Of a stretch of 64,000 nt of DNA, positions 25,724 through 40,189 are shown one piece after another. Where the stretch lies: the NCBI GenBank assembly GCA_030248215.1, contig JASANG010004131.1, positions 1-64,000 of the forward strand, given 5' to 3'. The translations under genes were made by a program, and so were the position numbers. The DNA comes from Enoplolaimus lenunculus. Lineage: Eukaryota. Numbering within the stretch: position 1 is the first letter of the stretch; each line of letters begins with the position of its first letter. A model generated the notes under the pieces. That model was given only the letters and a program-made list of their open reading frames with translations. It did not search any database and was not told the DNA's origin.

Positions 25724-28700
25724 ATTCCAGTGAGTCTTTATCCACTCCAAACCAGTAGTCTTCTGCAACAGAATTATTTCGTGGACCCTTCATTTTTTAA
25801 TTTAGTGGTAAACCTTCAAAAATCAATTGTATACGATACGCCCGGACGTTCAGCTTGAATTGTAAGCTGGGTGTCTTCGCCTAAACCTGAACCTAAACCT
25901 ATGCGAGTTTCCAAGATTCCTAATTAACACAACTTGTGTACTGTGTATTGCAGTTTAGTGCTTTGGGTACTGCGCAAAATTATGTGTAGTTAAAATGTTG
26001 ATTATAATTTTAATCAAATTAAAATGCTTTTGTTTGTACAGTCGCTTTTTCACAATTATACGCTATTTTAATTTTTACACTTCAGGTATTTTAATTTTTA
26101 CAATGCAGGACCCTGGTTTAAACTATTTTTAACCCATTAAGGCACAATCTCATTAACTATTTTGTTTTCCATAGTAATACATGGAAAATACGTTAACAAT
26201 TAACCAATGTTTTATGGTATTTGTTTAGTCGTTCCATAACCAGCGTTAATTTTATGGCATGCCAAAAGCTTCCTCACGTTTATTATTTCCACAAACCTAA
26301 ATCAAGGTTTAGGCTTAGGCTTTAACGTACGCCTCTGTTTAAACCTGGGCATAAATGCTAAAGCTATATTATCAATCCAACGTTAGCCTAAACCTAAACC
26401 TAAGCATACATTCTACGCTTGTATTATTAATCCAATCATTATATATGCGTTTGGAGACGTTTTTGTGGTAGAAACAAAACAGAGTTGGTACAAGAAAATA
26501 AGTTATTTCCTTAGTGCATTTGCCTTCATTAAAACTTTAGTCCAAAACGAAAGTTACCTGAATCTCGAATTTAGAAACGTTGCAATTGAATCTAAAATTT
26601 TACGAGTCATACGGTAAATAATTGTCTGTTTCGTTCGGCGAGTTTGGCTATAATTTTTGTACAATTTTCAATTGACAATAATTGTTGGGATTTTGTGAAA
26701 AACAAGCCAAAATCAAGAATTTTTCACTATAATTTGCTCAAACTAGCAAATTAAACATTGTTTTAACTGCCTAATTTAGCCTTACCCTCCGGTATCATAT
26801 CCGACTCCGGTATATTTTGTTTACCCCTCAGAATCCGGTATTTTTCAACTTTGTGTTTTACTTTTGCTTAGTAACCAGCAAGTAGTAACCCTTGTTGGAT
26901 ACAAATTGAACACCATGAAACCGTGTCTATTGTCTGTGAATAAGTGAGAATCAGGTCCGTAGCCAAACATACAAGCTTAAGTCATAAAGTTTTCTGGAGA
27001 GGGTTTTCGGGTAACCTCGTGTAATTTAATGTCAGTATAAAATATGAAATACTTATAGATTACCTTTTATACAAATCTTTTCGCACGGTAGTTAAGCTTA
27101 AGCTTTAGATTCATTTGTTACTTAGGTTTAAGCTTAGCGTTGGGCTTAAGAATATGTTTATACACTATTAAGATTGCTTGTTTACTCTTCGCAACACATG
27201 CCCCTCAATGACTGGAAATATAGCACTGAAGGTAGCTTAGGTGTAAGCTTAAGCGTTAGGTTTCAACCTAGGCTTTGGCATTCGATTTAGGTATAGGCTT
27301 TGAAAAAATAACACACTGAATGAAATGTTGGAGGAAATTTTTGTTTCCTGAAACATCTACATTATTAAAAATGAAACGCCCCACATACGTATTCTCGGCA
27401 GTGTTACAGTGCAGTAGAAAACAAAGTCTGACAGTACAGTATATTTATTTAGCTATAGCAATCGTCTGCCTCTACATTTCTACATATGTTTCTAAATTAC
27501 AATTAGAGCATGTATAAAGTACGTTGCATAGCATATCCTAACAATTCCAAGTTGCGTGGCCAGTTCCAATTTACGAATTTCCATGCTAAACCGCACAAAC
27601 TAAAATACGAAACGTTCATTAGAATTTTCGTCTACACATTGAACTATTGCTTTTGCGCAGATTCAGCGAGAATTTTATGCTCATTTGAATGTGACTTTAA
27701 AGTATTAACAACGTTCGCCGTATTAAGACTTAATTTTAAAAGTATGAACCTCAAAAACACTTCCCGGTTTTAGCGATTAATACCATGCGGTGCCTATACT
27801 TAACCTCAAAATCTTGACTCTAAATTAGCTGTGTCTCTGGACTTTTCACCGGTGCTATTTGGTTTAACTCTTTTACTCCTATTTCACAATCTTGCTCAAC
27901 ATACCACATATACGTACACTCCGGGTTTCTATATACTGGTTGCGTGTGTGTGTGTGTGCGCGCGCTCCTGTTTGAAACAAGAGAGCAGGAAAACCACCAA
28001 CTCTTCACTAGAGACACGCGGCGATTGGGAGTTGTACCAATAAGCAAGTTTAGAAAACAACACAAAACAAACACATACACGCATATATAAAAGCATTTTA
28101 TATTTTATGTTTGTTTTCAAACCAAAAACAGGGAATGTATATATAATAAACGATCAGAACAAAAAATATATATAATCTACAACACGAAAGATAACAAAAA
28201 TATATATAATCTACAACAAGAATGATAGCATTTGCACTTAAAATGAAAAAATCACTCATGTTCGAGTCATTTACTAAACCTAAAAACTTTATACCAAAAA
28301 ACTACCATTTTAGGTCAAAATTATCAGCACCAAACGTGCCACCATGCCTGAAAATGAAACAAAAACGGCAGGATGGTAGAAAAAATAGCTATATAACCTT
28401 GTCCTTGTCAAACGTCTTAAATTTTATTGCGGAAAATACGATCAACTCGAATGATAATACGTATACTTATCGGTAATAGAATAGATAAAGCACACAGATT
28501 TTCAGTCGGAGCTTAAAACCTTATATATACTGCTGATAGTTAAAATTTTGTACAAAAAATAATCTACACTAAACGAATGGTACGTCTTCGATGCAGCTTG
28601 TATGAAGCATACACTCTTCGCTTACAGATCGAAAACGTACCAGATATTTAAAAAAATTGCTATGGAAAGAGTTAAATTTTACGGAAACGGAAAAATGTAA

Positions 28701-29335
28701 TCTACTCGAATGATAGACGCTACCTATTTTGAAAAATGAAAAAACTACAAGTGTTAAAAAAACCCTTACGACTTCTACCCAGGCTAAAACTTTTAGCTTA
28801 AATATTCAAACCCAAAAAATACCAAATGATCAAAAAATAGCTAAGCCTCATGTACACTACTTCACTGAAAAGGTTAACATTTTGCCAATAAAATAATCTA
28901 CTCGAATGACAGCGGCTAATAATATATTGTTAAAAAATTAAAATACTGCTCATATTCAAAAACTACCGTGCCTTAGGTTTTCTACGTGAGCTAGAATTTC
29001 AGGAAACATCAACAATACAAAATCAGATGCTCGTTGTTAGAAATGGTAAAAAAACACATGGACGTTCAATAGAGACCTAAATCTTACGTAGATAGTTCTG
29101 CAAAGGTTATAATTTTTGGAAAAAATAACGTATACAAATGACATCAGCTGTCTAAATGAAGAATGTGCCAAAAAGTTAAAACGCGAAAACGGAATATACT
29201 CCGACAACACTAAAATCAAGTAGAAAATTTAATTTACTCAAAATATAACAGTTTAACGTGTATAGGTATTTTTACTAGTAACAATAGATTTATATAATTT
29301 TCCTGCTAATATATACGTTCAATGTTACTTTTTAA

Positions 29336-29497
29336 GGGGCGTAACAGTAGATTAAACGTATTCCTAAGTATAAGCCTAAGCGTTACTAGAATGTGTTCCT
29401 AAGCCTAAGCCTAAGCCTAAGCCGAAGCCTACGCAAAAAATGTAATCTACAATCATAACTTACTCTTTTATAGACTCACCAGAAACCTGGACGCCCC
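29336..29497 (-). mobile_element. Kolobok-like MITE (TTAA TSD, GGGGCGT termini) with TTAGGC core
   Basis: ttaa|GGGGCGT...ACGCCCC|ttaa. Related copies begin ggggcgtccaggtttctggtg at about 1212, 20908 and 41772. Confidence 0.7.
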
Positions 29498-30494
29498 TTA
29501 AACCTATAAATAGTTGAATTTTCGTTATTTTCATAAAAAACGGAAACGAAAACAGAAATCGAATTTTATACCTGAAGTGATAATCAACATACCGGAAACG
29601 AAAACGGTTCCGCATTTAATCAACCAGCGTTTTAGTCTTCTAAACGAGTTGAGTTCACGCGCCAAGGTAAATAGAGCTGAGTGGTGATGGTGAACGCCTC
29701 TAAGCCGAGCGTCTGGTCGTTTCTCCTTGCCTAAAATTAAATTGATACGAAACAATAAATAATCATGCTGAGAAGGATTAATAAAAAATTTTCTATTACT
29801 GGCAAAAGAACAACGGAAATGTATGTGTAATTAGTCACTTTTAGCTCTCTTTAATTTAGTAATGATGTTCCAAAACAGATGGATTTTCAGTCAAAGCATT
29901 TTTAGCGACTTTACTCTTACATATGGATATTTCGGCTCACCGTTGACAGAATCCGCGTACTTTTCTCGTTTAAGTTCAAACGGTACGCCCAATGATCTTC
30001 ACATGGGCCGCTCAAGCAAAAGCATGTGAAGGATTCTATATACAAGAGCCTTTGATTCTAGTACAAAGTCAACGGAGAAGAAAGTTAAAGTGTGAAAATT
30101 TTTTCCATTAATTCTTTCTCACTTATAAATAATTTCAATTACATTAGGACAAGAGTAGTTTCAAAATAGGATTCGAACACAAGTCTTGTATGGGTGGGAC
30201 GCGTTTACAACGACCACTAAGCTCTAGGAGCGAAGCTAGGATTTCACTTCAGGAGGCCAGGAGGCTTTAACTTCATTTCAAGGACAAGAAAATTTCTTAG
30301 GCATTTAATGCAACGTGGTTTATTAATACGGAGTGGTGTCAATAACTAGACATGTCACTTGTACAAATTACGCTATTTTAGTGTACCCTGTTCCAAGCAA
30401 CTCACTAAAAATATACTTAAAATTAAGTAAAACCGTTGCCAAATTAAGTGTCGGTTTTACTTACTATGGTGCTTGGTAAAGTTTTACTTAATAT

Positions 30495-30945
30495 TACTGT
30501 AGTGACCCGAATAAGAGGGGGGGACTGATATTTAGTTGGCCTCTCCAGAGGGAACCCCCCCTTGTTATTCGCTTACGACTATTATTTTTAACCCACGCTC
30601 CGCCGCCCTTCGTTATTGATATATATCCGGTACTGCAATTATCCGTTCAATTAAACGTTTTTTGTCTTGTGTCAATAACTTGAGCGATAATACAAGGTTA
30701 TATTTAGAAATGTACTTTCAAAATTTAAGTACGCTTTAAAGTTTCTAACTCAAATTATTTGGTCCTGGAGTCATTTATGCCCTACAATTAGGGTTAATAC
30801 ACATTTATGGACTCTAATTAGGGTTTAGGGACTCTATCCGCCGCTTACGGACTCTTATTTGGGATGCAGACTCCTGATGATTCGGACTCAAAATGGGGAC
30901 CACCCTCTTATTACCCCTCCCCCTCTTATTCGGGTCAATACTGTA
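30495..30945 (+). mobile_element. Tc2-like MITE family C
   Basis: Full-length copy collinear with 46731-47178. Confidence 0.9.
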
Positions 30946-31946
30946 AGCAAACACAAAATTTTTAGCTTTATATTTACTTAATTAATCAGGAAATGACAGC
31001 AGTAGTTTTACTTATTTACATTATTTAAGCAAAAATTTACTCAATATTTAGTACACTTATACTTAAAAAAGTTAGTAAAATATAACTATAGTATTTTAAG
31101 TAGAATGTTTTTACAGAGAAGGTTCGATTTTTTCGTAGGAAAATAGAAAGCGTGTATTTTTGTTTCAGCAAGGTGCAAAACACGACAGAAGAAATTTTGA
31201 CCAGTTGGACATACAGCTATAAAAATGGTACCATTGAATTCAGGTCGTCAAGATCTATAGGATGGACCACTTTTTATCAAAATCCTAAGGGGATCCAGAT
31301 TCCGTACATCCGCCAAAAACGATATTAAGAGAATCACAGGACCATCTGAAATATCAACAAAAACTGCATCTGCCAGCTACGGTTATAAACTTACGGTTTG
31401 ACTTCGGCTCAAAAGATGTTAGCAGGATCTGTAGTTTTGTTGACAAATAAAGATTGTTCAGCTGAAGTTGAGTTACAAACTATTAACGCGGTATATAGAC
31501 GGAAATGTTGCATCAAATAGAAATTTCAAAATTAAAGTATATATAGCTCAATCATTTTGTAAAAGAAGTGTATGTTTATCAGCAAGAATGTAGGCAATTT
31601 AGCCTCAGTAGTAGCAACAGAAATTACCGTCTGCTTCCAAGTGAGCCCCTTTATACGAGCCGCAGCGAACACCAGCACCAAGAAAGCGCGGTATATACAA
31701 CCAAACAGGTATTATAAAATCTAGCAAATCAAAGCCGGTCTAACTGAGATTGTCGGCTGATCGTTGCTTGTTTAATGTAAAGCAAAATTATATCGGTTCT
31801 GTTATAAACACTGATTCAAATTTGGCATTTGTTTTTGCTCAAAAAGCTAAGTATTTACTATATGTCGACTACTTAAGCAATTACTTAAATATAACTTTAA
31901 GTAAATACTTGAGTAAGATATCACAAACCCAGTCAGTGTTGCTCCT

Positions 31947-32120
31947 CAATGGCGGATCCATGGGGGGCCACCCCGGCCGCGCCCCCCCCAACAGCATCTC
32001 GACAAAAATTCTATAGCAATTTTGTGACAATAGTTCGTGGTTTGTGTATGTGTCAAAAGTAAGTTTATTACCTGTGAAATTTTGCCCCCCCCCCATTTTG
32101 AGATTCTGGATCCGCCACTG
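31947..32120. mobile_element. hAT-like MITE family A
   Basis: Highly similar to 10573-10745 end to end. Confidence 0.88.
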
Positions 32121-33443
32121 CTCCAAATTGTTTTCTAAAATGAAATTTATAGACAAATAATTTTTCAACAATTTTTGGTCTGACATAAATCATATGTTTC
32201 TCCTAGCTGGACACACTACACATCTTACCCACGCTATGTGGGTGTAGTGGATTTGTGGCAGCATATGGGCTTGTGGTGTGGTGTTTTGGCATATCTCTTG
32301 AACACGCCACCAGCCCGAATTTGATTGCTGCCTGGTCGAATATTCCGTCGCCAATTGGATATCGCCATGTTGAGTCCGCTGTCTCGTCTACGTTCAGGAT
32401 CGGCACGGCTGTGGGTCAAAGTCGACGACTAACTCGCCCTGTTTTTCAGACGGGAAGGTTCTTTGACGCACACACTGTTATTCGTGAACAAAATCACAAT
32501 ATATCGCAGTAACTTTTGTTCGCATTGGCAGAACCGGCTTCGGTATTTTGTGCTATCCGGTTGCACCCTTCTCTTTGACACACAGAACTTAAGAAAGGTG
32601 CAGTGGTTAGCACCCCTTCTTTCTAACGGGACATCCTCCAGTTAAAAGGCCCACTGGGAATCAAGGATTAAAAATCTTAAAGACATCCTTAGACAAAGTG
32701 GACGAAAATTTTCCTTTCAAATCCGATAAACAACCAGACAAACACTGCGGCGGAACCAGCAATTTCTGACAAGGGGTTGGCAAAAGTAACGAAACGCAAT
32801 TTATACTCTATATCTGCCATTATCGGCGAAAAATTGTAAGGTATGGGGGACCTTACTGTTTACGACAAAACATTTTCTGACGAGCGGAGGCGTAAAGAAC
32901 CCGTACGCCTCCCACTGGATTCGATTGAGGATCCAAACAATTTAAGCAAAGGTAAAGATCGGAGTATGAGATTTTGAAGTCCGCAGATATTTTCGGATGC
33001 CTCAATCAGGTTGTAATTGGTTAACATCACAATTTTGTGAAATCTCCCAGCCTGTTGATCTATTTAGCCACCGTTCTACTATGAAGTAAATTCAATTTTT
33101 AGGATACATTAGCATGGTTGCCAAACGTTCTTATGGCAACTTCTGTTACTAAATGTATAACTTTTTGGAACCTCGTGTTGTTCCATACGGTTTTGTGCGG
33201 TTTTAATATGGACAGCCGCCGCAGCTATTCTTTACAATTCCGCGTTAACCCGGCACCTCGATATGAGATTTGGAGGCCGAAATAAATCTTTTGGTATCTT
33301 TATTCGTCAGGATTAGACTATCTCATCATCGAGTTGTCGGGTTTAACCGAGTTCACTATACTAGATGGATATATTTCAGTTTTTTTATATATACGTTAAG
33401 TCCATCAATAAGCTTGTCAGTGCTTTAATTATATAAATGCAAG

Positions 33444-33654
33444 GGCCAATATACAGCAACAAAGGCGGAACAGTATTATAAGCATATTCCTAAGCCTAAG
33501 CCAAAGCCTAAGCCTAAAGCGTAAGAATGAGCATATTCCTAAGCCTAAGCCTAAGCATAAGCCTAAAGCCGAACAAAAAAATTAGTCTAAAGCTTAAGCT
33601 TACTCTCTTGCAGTCGCACAAAAAACGTTCCGCCCATGATCTTTACGTGGGCAC
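33444..33654 (-). mobile_element. Merlin-like MITE with TTAGGC core
   Basis: Exact 8-bp TSD aatgcaag on both sides; same internal core as the 57.5, 61.5 and 63.3 kb copies. Confidence 0.8.
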
Positions 33655-33903
33655 AATGCAAGAAAGCTAAAATTAGATTGCGCATATCATACCTTTCTTT
33701 ATTTTGTGCGTGTTAACATTGAGATGTAATACATTGGCAAATTTTGAATGAAAGTAGCGGAATGATTTAATTCGGCTTTGACGGACTATTCTTTTGTGTT
33801 AAGATATTGTACTAAAATGCGTTCAGGATTCTCGCTCGTTTCACTCTATTGCGCGCCCACTGCGTTAAAAAATTTTGGGATCGCCACAAATATAAGTTCA
33901 TTG

Positions 33904-34061
33904 CGGGCCCGTAGCCAAAGGGGGCTCAGCCCCCCCCCTGGAAAAATTTTGGCCCCCCTAGAAGATTTTCAACCTTGCTTGTAACTAATTGAAAACCTTA
34001 AAAATGCCCCTCTTGAAAATTTTTTAGTTCCCCCTAGCAAGGTGAGCTGGCTATGGGCCTG
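33904..34061. mobile_element. hAT-like MITE family B
   Basis: cgggcccgtagcc...ggctatgggcctg. Confidence 0.85.
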
Positions 34062-35588
34062 TAGCAACCCGAATGAATGGGATATCACATGCCGGTAAAA
34101 TGAGTTCTCATTAATACAAATAAACATTGAACTACCCATATTCTGTAAGTATGCGACCAAATATTAAATTATCGCACACCGTAATCAGGAAGTTTTGGAC
34201 TTGCTATTGGCGGGGGGGGGGGGGTGGCTAAATTTTTTTAAGGTAGGGCATACAAGTGTTTTCGTTGACTTTACAAGCAAGGTTGAAAATATAATAGGGG
34301 GACCAAAATTTTTGTCACGTTTTACCGGGCTTTTTCAAACTATAAAGAAAAAAATGACGGATGCACCGAAATTTTCACGATTTTAGACGAATTTTGTAAT
34401 TTTTATTTCATTTCGAACAATTGCAGCATATGTGTAATGAAAAATTGCGAGATATTTGCGTGATTTATAAAACTAATTTTCAGCGTAACAAGCAGACAGT
34501 AAAATGGTCAACGAAGACGGGGTGCGTTTATGCTGCATCAGTGGCATATTCAGAAATTTCTGAGAGTGAACCCCATGTTAGCGCTAAACCTTAATACACA
34601 ATCTTGGATTTGGATTCCTGTTACGGGGAAGCTAGAGCGGGGCGCCCCTTTGAATCAGCCAGTGTCCAGAATGAATCGAATTTACCATAAAACCCTAAGC
34701 AAGCAGCGTGGTAAGGATAAATATTGTATGCATCAACATATATCGGTAAATATCTTACACATATGTTACAAATTCACAAAAAAGTACAAATGCAAATCAG
34801 CCTTCCATACTACGACATAGAGATCAAAAATAGAAATACGCCTTCCAGGGGAATCACGGGACTAAAAAATGGGGGGCTGAAATGTAACCTTCAATTTTTC
34901 CGCAAAATATTCTGCAACCCATATCCATTAAAGATAGCTAAACAGAAAAAGGAAAAATATCCTACGCTACCAAATGTTCTCAACAAATACAATTGTAAAA
35001 TGAATACCCCGCGAAATTTGACTCATTTTAAAAGAGACGGCCTCCAGAACGTCTCAAAAATTACACCATTTCCGGTATCTTCATATCGAAAACAGATATT
35101 GGAATTTCCCTGGAAACGGATATATTCTCTGATTTGGTTACACCCTACACCTTAATCTAATCAAGAATCTCGCTGAAACAGTGTGTCATCAACATTTCAA
35201 AACTTTTGACACTATTAATAGCTTCAAACTAAATTTGGTTCTTGTGCTAATTTGCCCACATTTAGGCTTAGGTACACTGCAATGTTTACCTGTGCGCTTG
35301 AACCTTTGTTTAAGCCTACACTTTACGCTTTACATTTGGTTCTGTAAATTTCGGTTGAAACATTGGTGAATTTTTACTTTATTGTTAATCATGTTGTTAT
35401 GCATTTATATATCGCGTTTTTACAAAATTTTTCTGCGTACATCTGAATTAAATTTCGTCGCACCTTTGGCGTCGCATATCTATAAATTGTATTAATACGA
35501 TCTTCGTCTTCGTCCCAGAAATTATTGGGCGCGGCGCGCCACGACTGGTCCCAAGGTGCACTCGGGCCACGCCACCAATGCTAGCAGC

Positions 35589-37129
35589 CAGAGTGGGACA
35601 TTACCCGCAGGTATGCGCGGGTAAACGCGGGTCGGGTAAAGAATTTCAGCCGAGGGTATGCCCGCGGGTAAATATTTGTATCCAGGCTCGTAGCCAGCTC
35701 ACCTTGCTAGGGGGGTGGCTAAAAACGTTTCAGACGGGGTTTGTATCACGCGGGTAAAAAATTCACAGTTCTTACCCGTGCCAAACTTTAAAGTGTTAAG
35801 GTGTAAAACATACACTATTGCCTGTCTTAATACTTCTGGTCAGTTGCTGCCCGGTGCTTTGTTTAGTTGGGTTTGAAATTTAGTTATTGTCACCGACCTC
35901 GGGCAGCGCTTCATTTTCGCTTGCGGGGTAGTCTTCAAACAATTGTGTCTTGAAGATGCGACAGAACGACTTTTAATTAAAAAAGTGGTAATTAATAAAT
36001 TAACTGGAATTTTTGGTTCATTCAACTGTTTTATACAAATGGTGTTTTATTGCATCCAGATATAAAAAAACTTTTGAAAATTCGTAATGGAACATCCATG
36101 TTATACTGCACGCGCTACTGCAAAAAAATGCCTGGGTCTGAGTAAGGCCTCCGACGTCGTTTTAACACTCTCTATTACGAGGCCACTATAATGTCCGGAA
36201 GACCCTAACGAGGACTTAAAAACATATTGCACTGTGTTCATATAGCATCGCAAGTGTGTACGTACCGCACAAAGTTGTACCTACACGCTAGTTGCAGCTT
36301 CGATTTGTACATAGATCCCTACCAGGTTGGACAAATTTTTTCATCATCGCGTGCATTATAACGATTATGACCCAGAATTCATATTAGTAAAAGCTAGGAC
36401 TTGCTCGTGGTTTTAAATCAGAAATTTTTAATCGAAAGCTGTGGTTTGCGCGATTAATCGAATACAAAAAACTGGATGTATACACTGTATAGGAAATTCG
36501 TGCACCCGACCAATGGCTCTGCTTCGGTAGCGTTTCCCAATGACACCTTGCTACTTGCTGCTTCGAGTGTATATTCGACCGCTGTTTTAGCCATTTGTTG
36601 GAGATATACTCGCAGCTTTTCTGTCTGTTGATATTCTATTATAGAACAAACTGCCAAATTCCAAAACAAATTCAAAGCATGGAATTAATAAAAACTACTG
36701 AATCATTGAACTATAGTATAGTTTGAATTTTGATTTAGCTCCCAAACGGGATTTAGGTTGAAACGAAAAATATGCTGACCATTGGATGTTTAGCGACTTT
36801 GAATTATTTCTGATAACTCCTACCTAAGGCGAGTATAGACTTCAAAACCATATGCACTTCTAGCGTAGACTTTCCCTGGTCAGAATCTTGGTTAAAAAGT
36901 TTTTTGCGCCATGTTCTGTGAATTTCGTTACTGAAATTGTTCATAATTTATTCAAACGTGTGTTTTATTCAGTGAGTTTGTTTTTAAACTGGCGTACTTT
37001 TTAAATCAAAATTACCGAAATTAAAAAAAGCGGCTCTGTTTTGCGCTGGCATATCCGCCGGCAAAAATGTTTTGTTTACTTGGGTACAGCGCGGGTCGGG
37101 TAAAAGATCATTACCCACTTCCCACTCTG
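35589..37129. mobile_element. ~1.5-kb hAT-like internally deleted element
   Basis: TIR CAGAGTGGGA/TCCCACTCTG; subterminal cgcgggtcgggtaaa and ttaccc repeats at both ends; TSD imperfect; nested family B fragment at about 35683. Confidence 0.65.
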
Positions 37130-38917
37130 GTTAGCACTACAAATCATGTTCCAATTTGCTTTAACTCTTGGTTCGTTCATGGTAGCCCAGATATATTTTA
37201 TACTTAATATCTCAAACGAACCCACTAAGGACCATCTATTTACATCCGTCCACACAACTCGATCCTTGCCAATGTTACTTTAAAAGCTGAACAGCAATAT
37301 ACGCATATTCCGAAGCCTAGCCAAGCCTAAGCTTAAGCGCTAGCGTAAAGATAAAGCCTATAACTAAGCCTAGCTTCGGGCAAACAAAATTAGTCTAAAA
37401 CTTAAGCTTACTACATTATAGTCCCGCGATAACGTGGTTCGGCTTCGAAGCCACTTGGGCCAAGATCTCTAAACCGAATCCCTTCGGCATTACTTATGAA
37501 AACAGCCATTCAAACGGATTTAAATGCCCAGCTGCCAAACGGCATTGCTATGTTGAAAGTTAATTTTGTCCTGAACCAGAAAATCCGGCGTGATATTTTA
37601 ATAGTGAAAAATTTCGCAAGCGGTGAAGCCAAAATCAATTTCAGTACTAAATCACAGCGCAAAATTTGTTTTGATTGCTGTTAGGCGGCCTAAACCTGGT
37701 TGGACCCCTCAGATACGCCGCTGGTGTCGTTGCACGAATATATATACTTGTACAACCGGAATTCCGGTTCCGGCGCTTGCCAAAAATAAACCATCGAAGG
37801 CAGATTTCGCATCCTTGGCTTATGAAAATTTAAAATACAGCAGATAAAGTGAATACCTATCTCCAACTAAAGGTTATTTCCCCAATAATATTGCAAAAAC
37901 GAAAATTAAAATGAATTTTTCAGTGGCATATATTTTTCGTTTTCCGGTTCCGTTTCCGGTAATTTTTTCAATTCCGGCAAATTTTAATTCCAATTGCACC
38001 TCGACTGTAATTGACGATTATTAAACTATAAACACCGTTTTTGCAACAAACATACGTATATTTAACTTTGCGTTTCGTTTTTGCTAAAAATAGTCAATAA
38101 GTGCGCATATTTTATAAATGAACCAAATGTAAACTTGGTTCCAAAAACACATCACAACAGCAACAAACGCGACACTGTTTTTACTTTAATATTTGTTTGT
38201 ATTCTCCCAATAATTTCAAATTTTTGTATCATGGTGTCTTCGTGTTTGCTGTGTTTGTTTTGCTATTGATTTTTTTACGTTTTGATTTTTGTACGTTTTG
38301 ATTTTACCCAAAACAGCCGACCGCCGCATCGCCAGAACAAACCGCACACAATTACTCACTGTATCCAGGGGAAAATTTTAACACTGGTTGCTGCATAAGT
38401 AATGTGGAATCCCAACCCTAGGATATCTGTTTTAAGTTAAGCTATACCATATAGAGCCCTTCACGAAAATTTTGCTGCGGATGCGGTGAGGCTCGAATCC
38501 ACGACGTACGGATTACCGGCCCAGTCTTTGAAAAAATTTGTCCCCCTGGCACGGTAAGCTGGGCTACGACGAGCAATTTAATCGGGTCAAAATAATACCG
38601 TAAACTACCAACTCCGGGCTAAACGTTCCTAAAAATAGCTGTTATTTTTCCAAAACTCCTTTTCTTTTTACTCCTGTTTCCGTGGGTGTCTTATGCATGT
38701 CACGTATGAGAGTCTGTCGCGAATGTTTCGAGACACACAAAACACAAAATAGACACACACAAGATTGTACTCCTGTTAGAATATTAAAGCCTGTGTTCAA
38801 ATTGAACATTAATAAACATATCTGTGTGCCCGACACGAAACAAGAGTGGTTACAACACTGTATGGTAACAACAATAAAGTACTATACATATTTCCAGCAA
38901 GTGTACAAAACACACAT

Positions 38918-39077
38918 AAAGCCCGTAGCCAACTCACCTTGCTAAGGGTGCGAAAAAATTTTCAGGAGGGATATTCAAACGTTTTTAATGACTTGCAAGC
39001 AAGGTTGAAAATTAGAGGGCCAAAATTTTTCCAGATAGGGTAGAGCCACCCTGGCTCCCCCCTTGGCTTCCGATCCG
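38918..39077. mobile_element. hAT-like MITE family B
   Basis: gcccgtagccaactcaccttgc...ccttggcttccgatccg. Confidence 0.75.
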
Positions 39078-39676
39078 TAATATACATAAAGCAATTCTAA
39101 ATGTGTACAGATTTGACTTCATATGTAGTAGTGTAAACAATTTATTTTCTAGTATATACCAAAACCATGTCCAGGTACACGGATGAGGGGATATATCCTT
39201 CCCTGAAAAGGTCTGCAGGTCCAAAAAACTGACTTTTAAGATGATTCTGCAGGTCCCAGAAGTTACAAAATTTTATTCACATGAGATTATTCTCTGCTGA
39301 ACACTGAAGTAATCCAGGTTTCTTCTCCGATATATACATACAGATAAATAGTCGTAAACATCACCTTGTATACACCATCATATAAAGAAACAAATATCCA
39401 AAATTGAATAGTGTGTTTATGAATAATAGACACATCTACATATTAAGCATTTAGTGTATAAAGTTTTGTACGCGACACTCACAAACAAATTTCGACAATA
39501 GACAATTCTACACTTTAGACACACACAACACATAAAGTCGGCACAGTTGTGTGTAGAGTATTGACATTTTGAGACACACACGAAATTCGGTGGTGTGCTA
39601 CAATTGGTCTCTCTCTCATATATTAACAATTACACAGGGACGGTGTAAGAAGTGAATATTGCACATCGTCGCTCAG

Positions 39677-40036
39677 CAGGGTGCAACCGGAGGTGAAAAA
39701 TACCGGAGCCGGAGGTCAACGAAACTTGCCGGAGCCGGAGATGGAGGTGAGGCGAAATTAGGTACTAAAAATAATGGTTAACTAGTTAATTTGAGCCAAT
39801 ATCTGTAATATGTTGTTATAAGTTGTTTGGTTTTGCGCTAATTTTCTGCGAAATTTTGGAAATCCTTTCCTGAAAATTGTAACAAAAGTGAAACAAAATG
39901 ATGCGCTAAACAGATAAATTTTGCACCATTATGCAAAATTTTACTACCGTAATTGCCGGAACCTCCGGCAAAAATTTTACCGGAACCGGAGGCCGATTTT
40001 CTGCCGAAGCCGAAGGAAACCTCCGGTTGTACCCTG
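39677..40036. mobile_element. hAT-like MITE family E (TIR CAGGGTGCAACCGG)
   Basis: TIRs plus TSD tcgctcag/tcgctaag; internal ccgga repeats. Confidence 0.85.
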
Positions 40037-40189
40037 TCGCTAAGTTAACGTTAAGGTTAATCGTAGTCAAGGTTTCAAAGCTTAAGGGCATTAATATAAT
40101 AGCGATTCTGTGATGAAGTTTTCGACCCAAAAAGTACGAATTTTTTACTATTTTGTAATATTGTTGAGTGTAAATTTATTAAAGGGTTA

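Noticed and set aside
32203..32460. GC-richer block with LNVDET (DDE-like) or GELVVDF (LINE RT-like) peptides and a GG|GTAAGA donor
   Set aside because: Motifs are too short, lie in different frames and point to conflicting families; left unassigned.
34724..35155. 143-aa ORF
   Set aside because: Overlaps a dispersed repeat shared with about 4540-4800 (ttttaaaagagacggcctccag); no recognisable domain.
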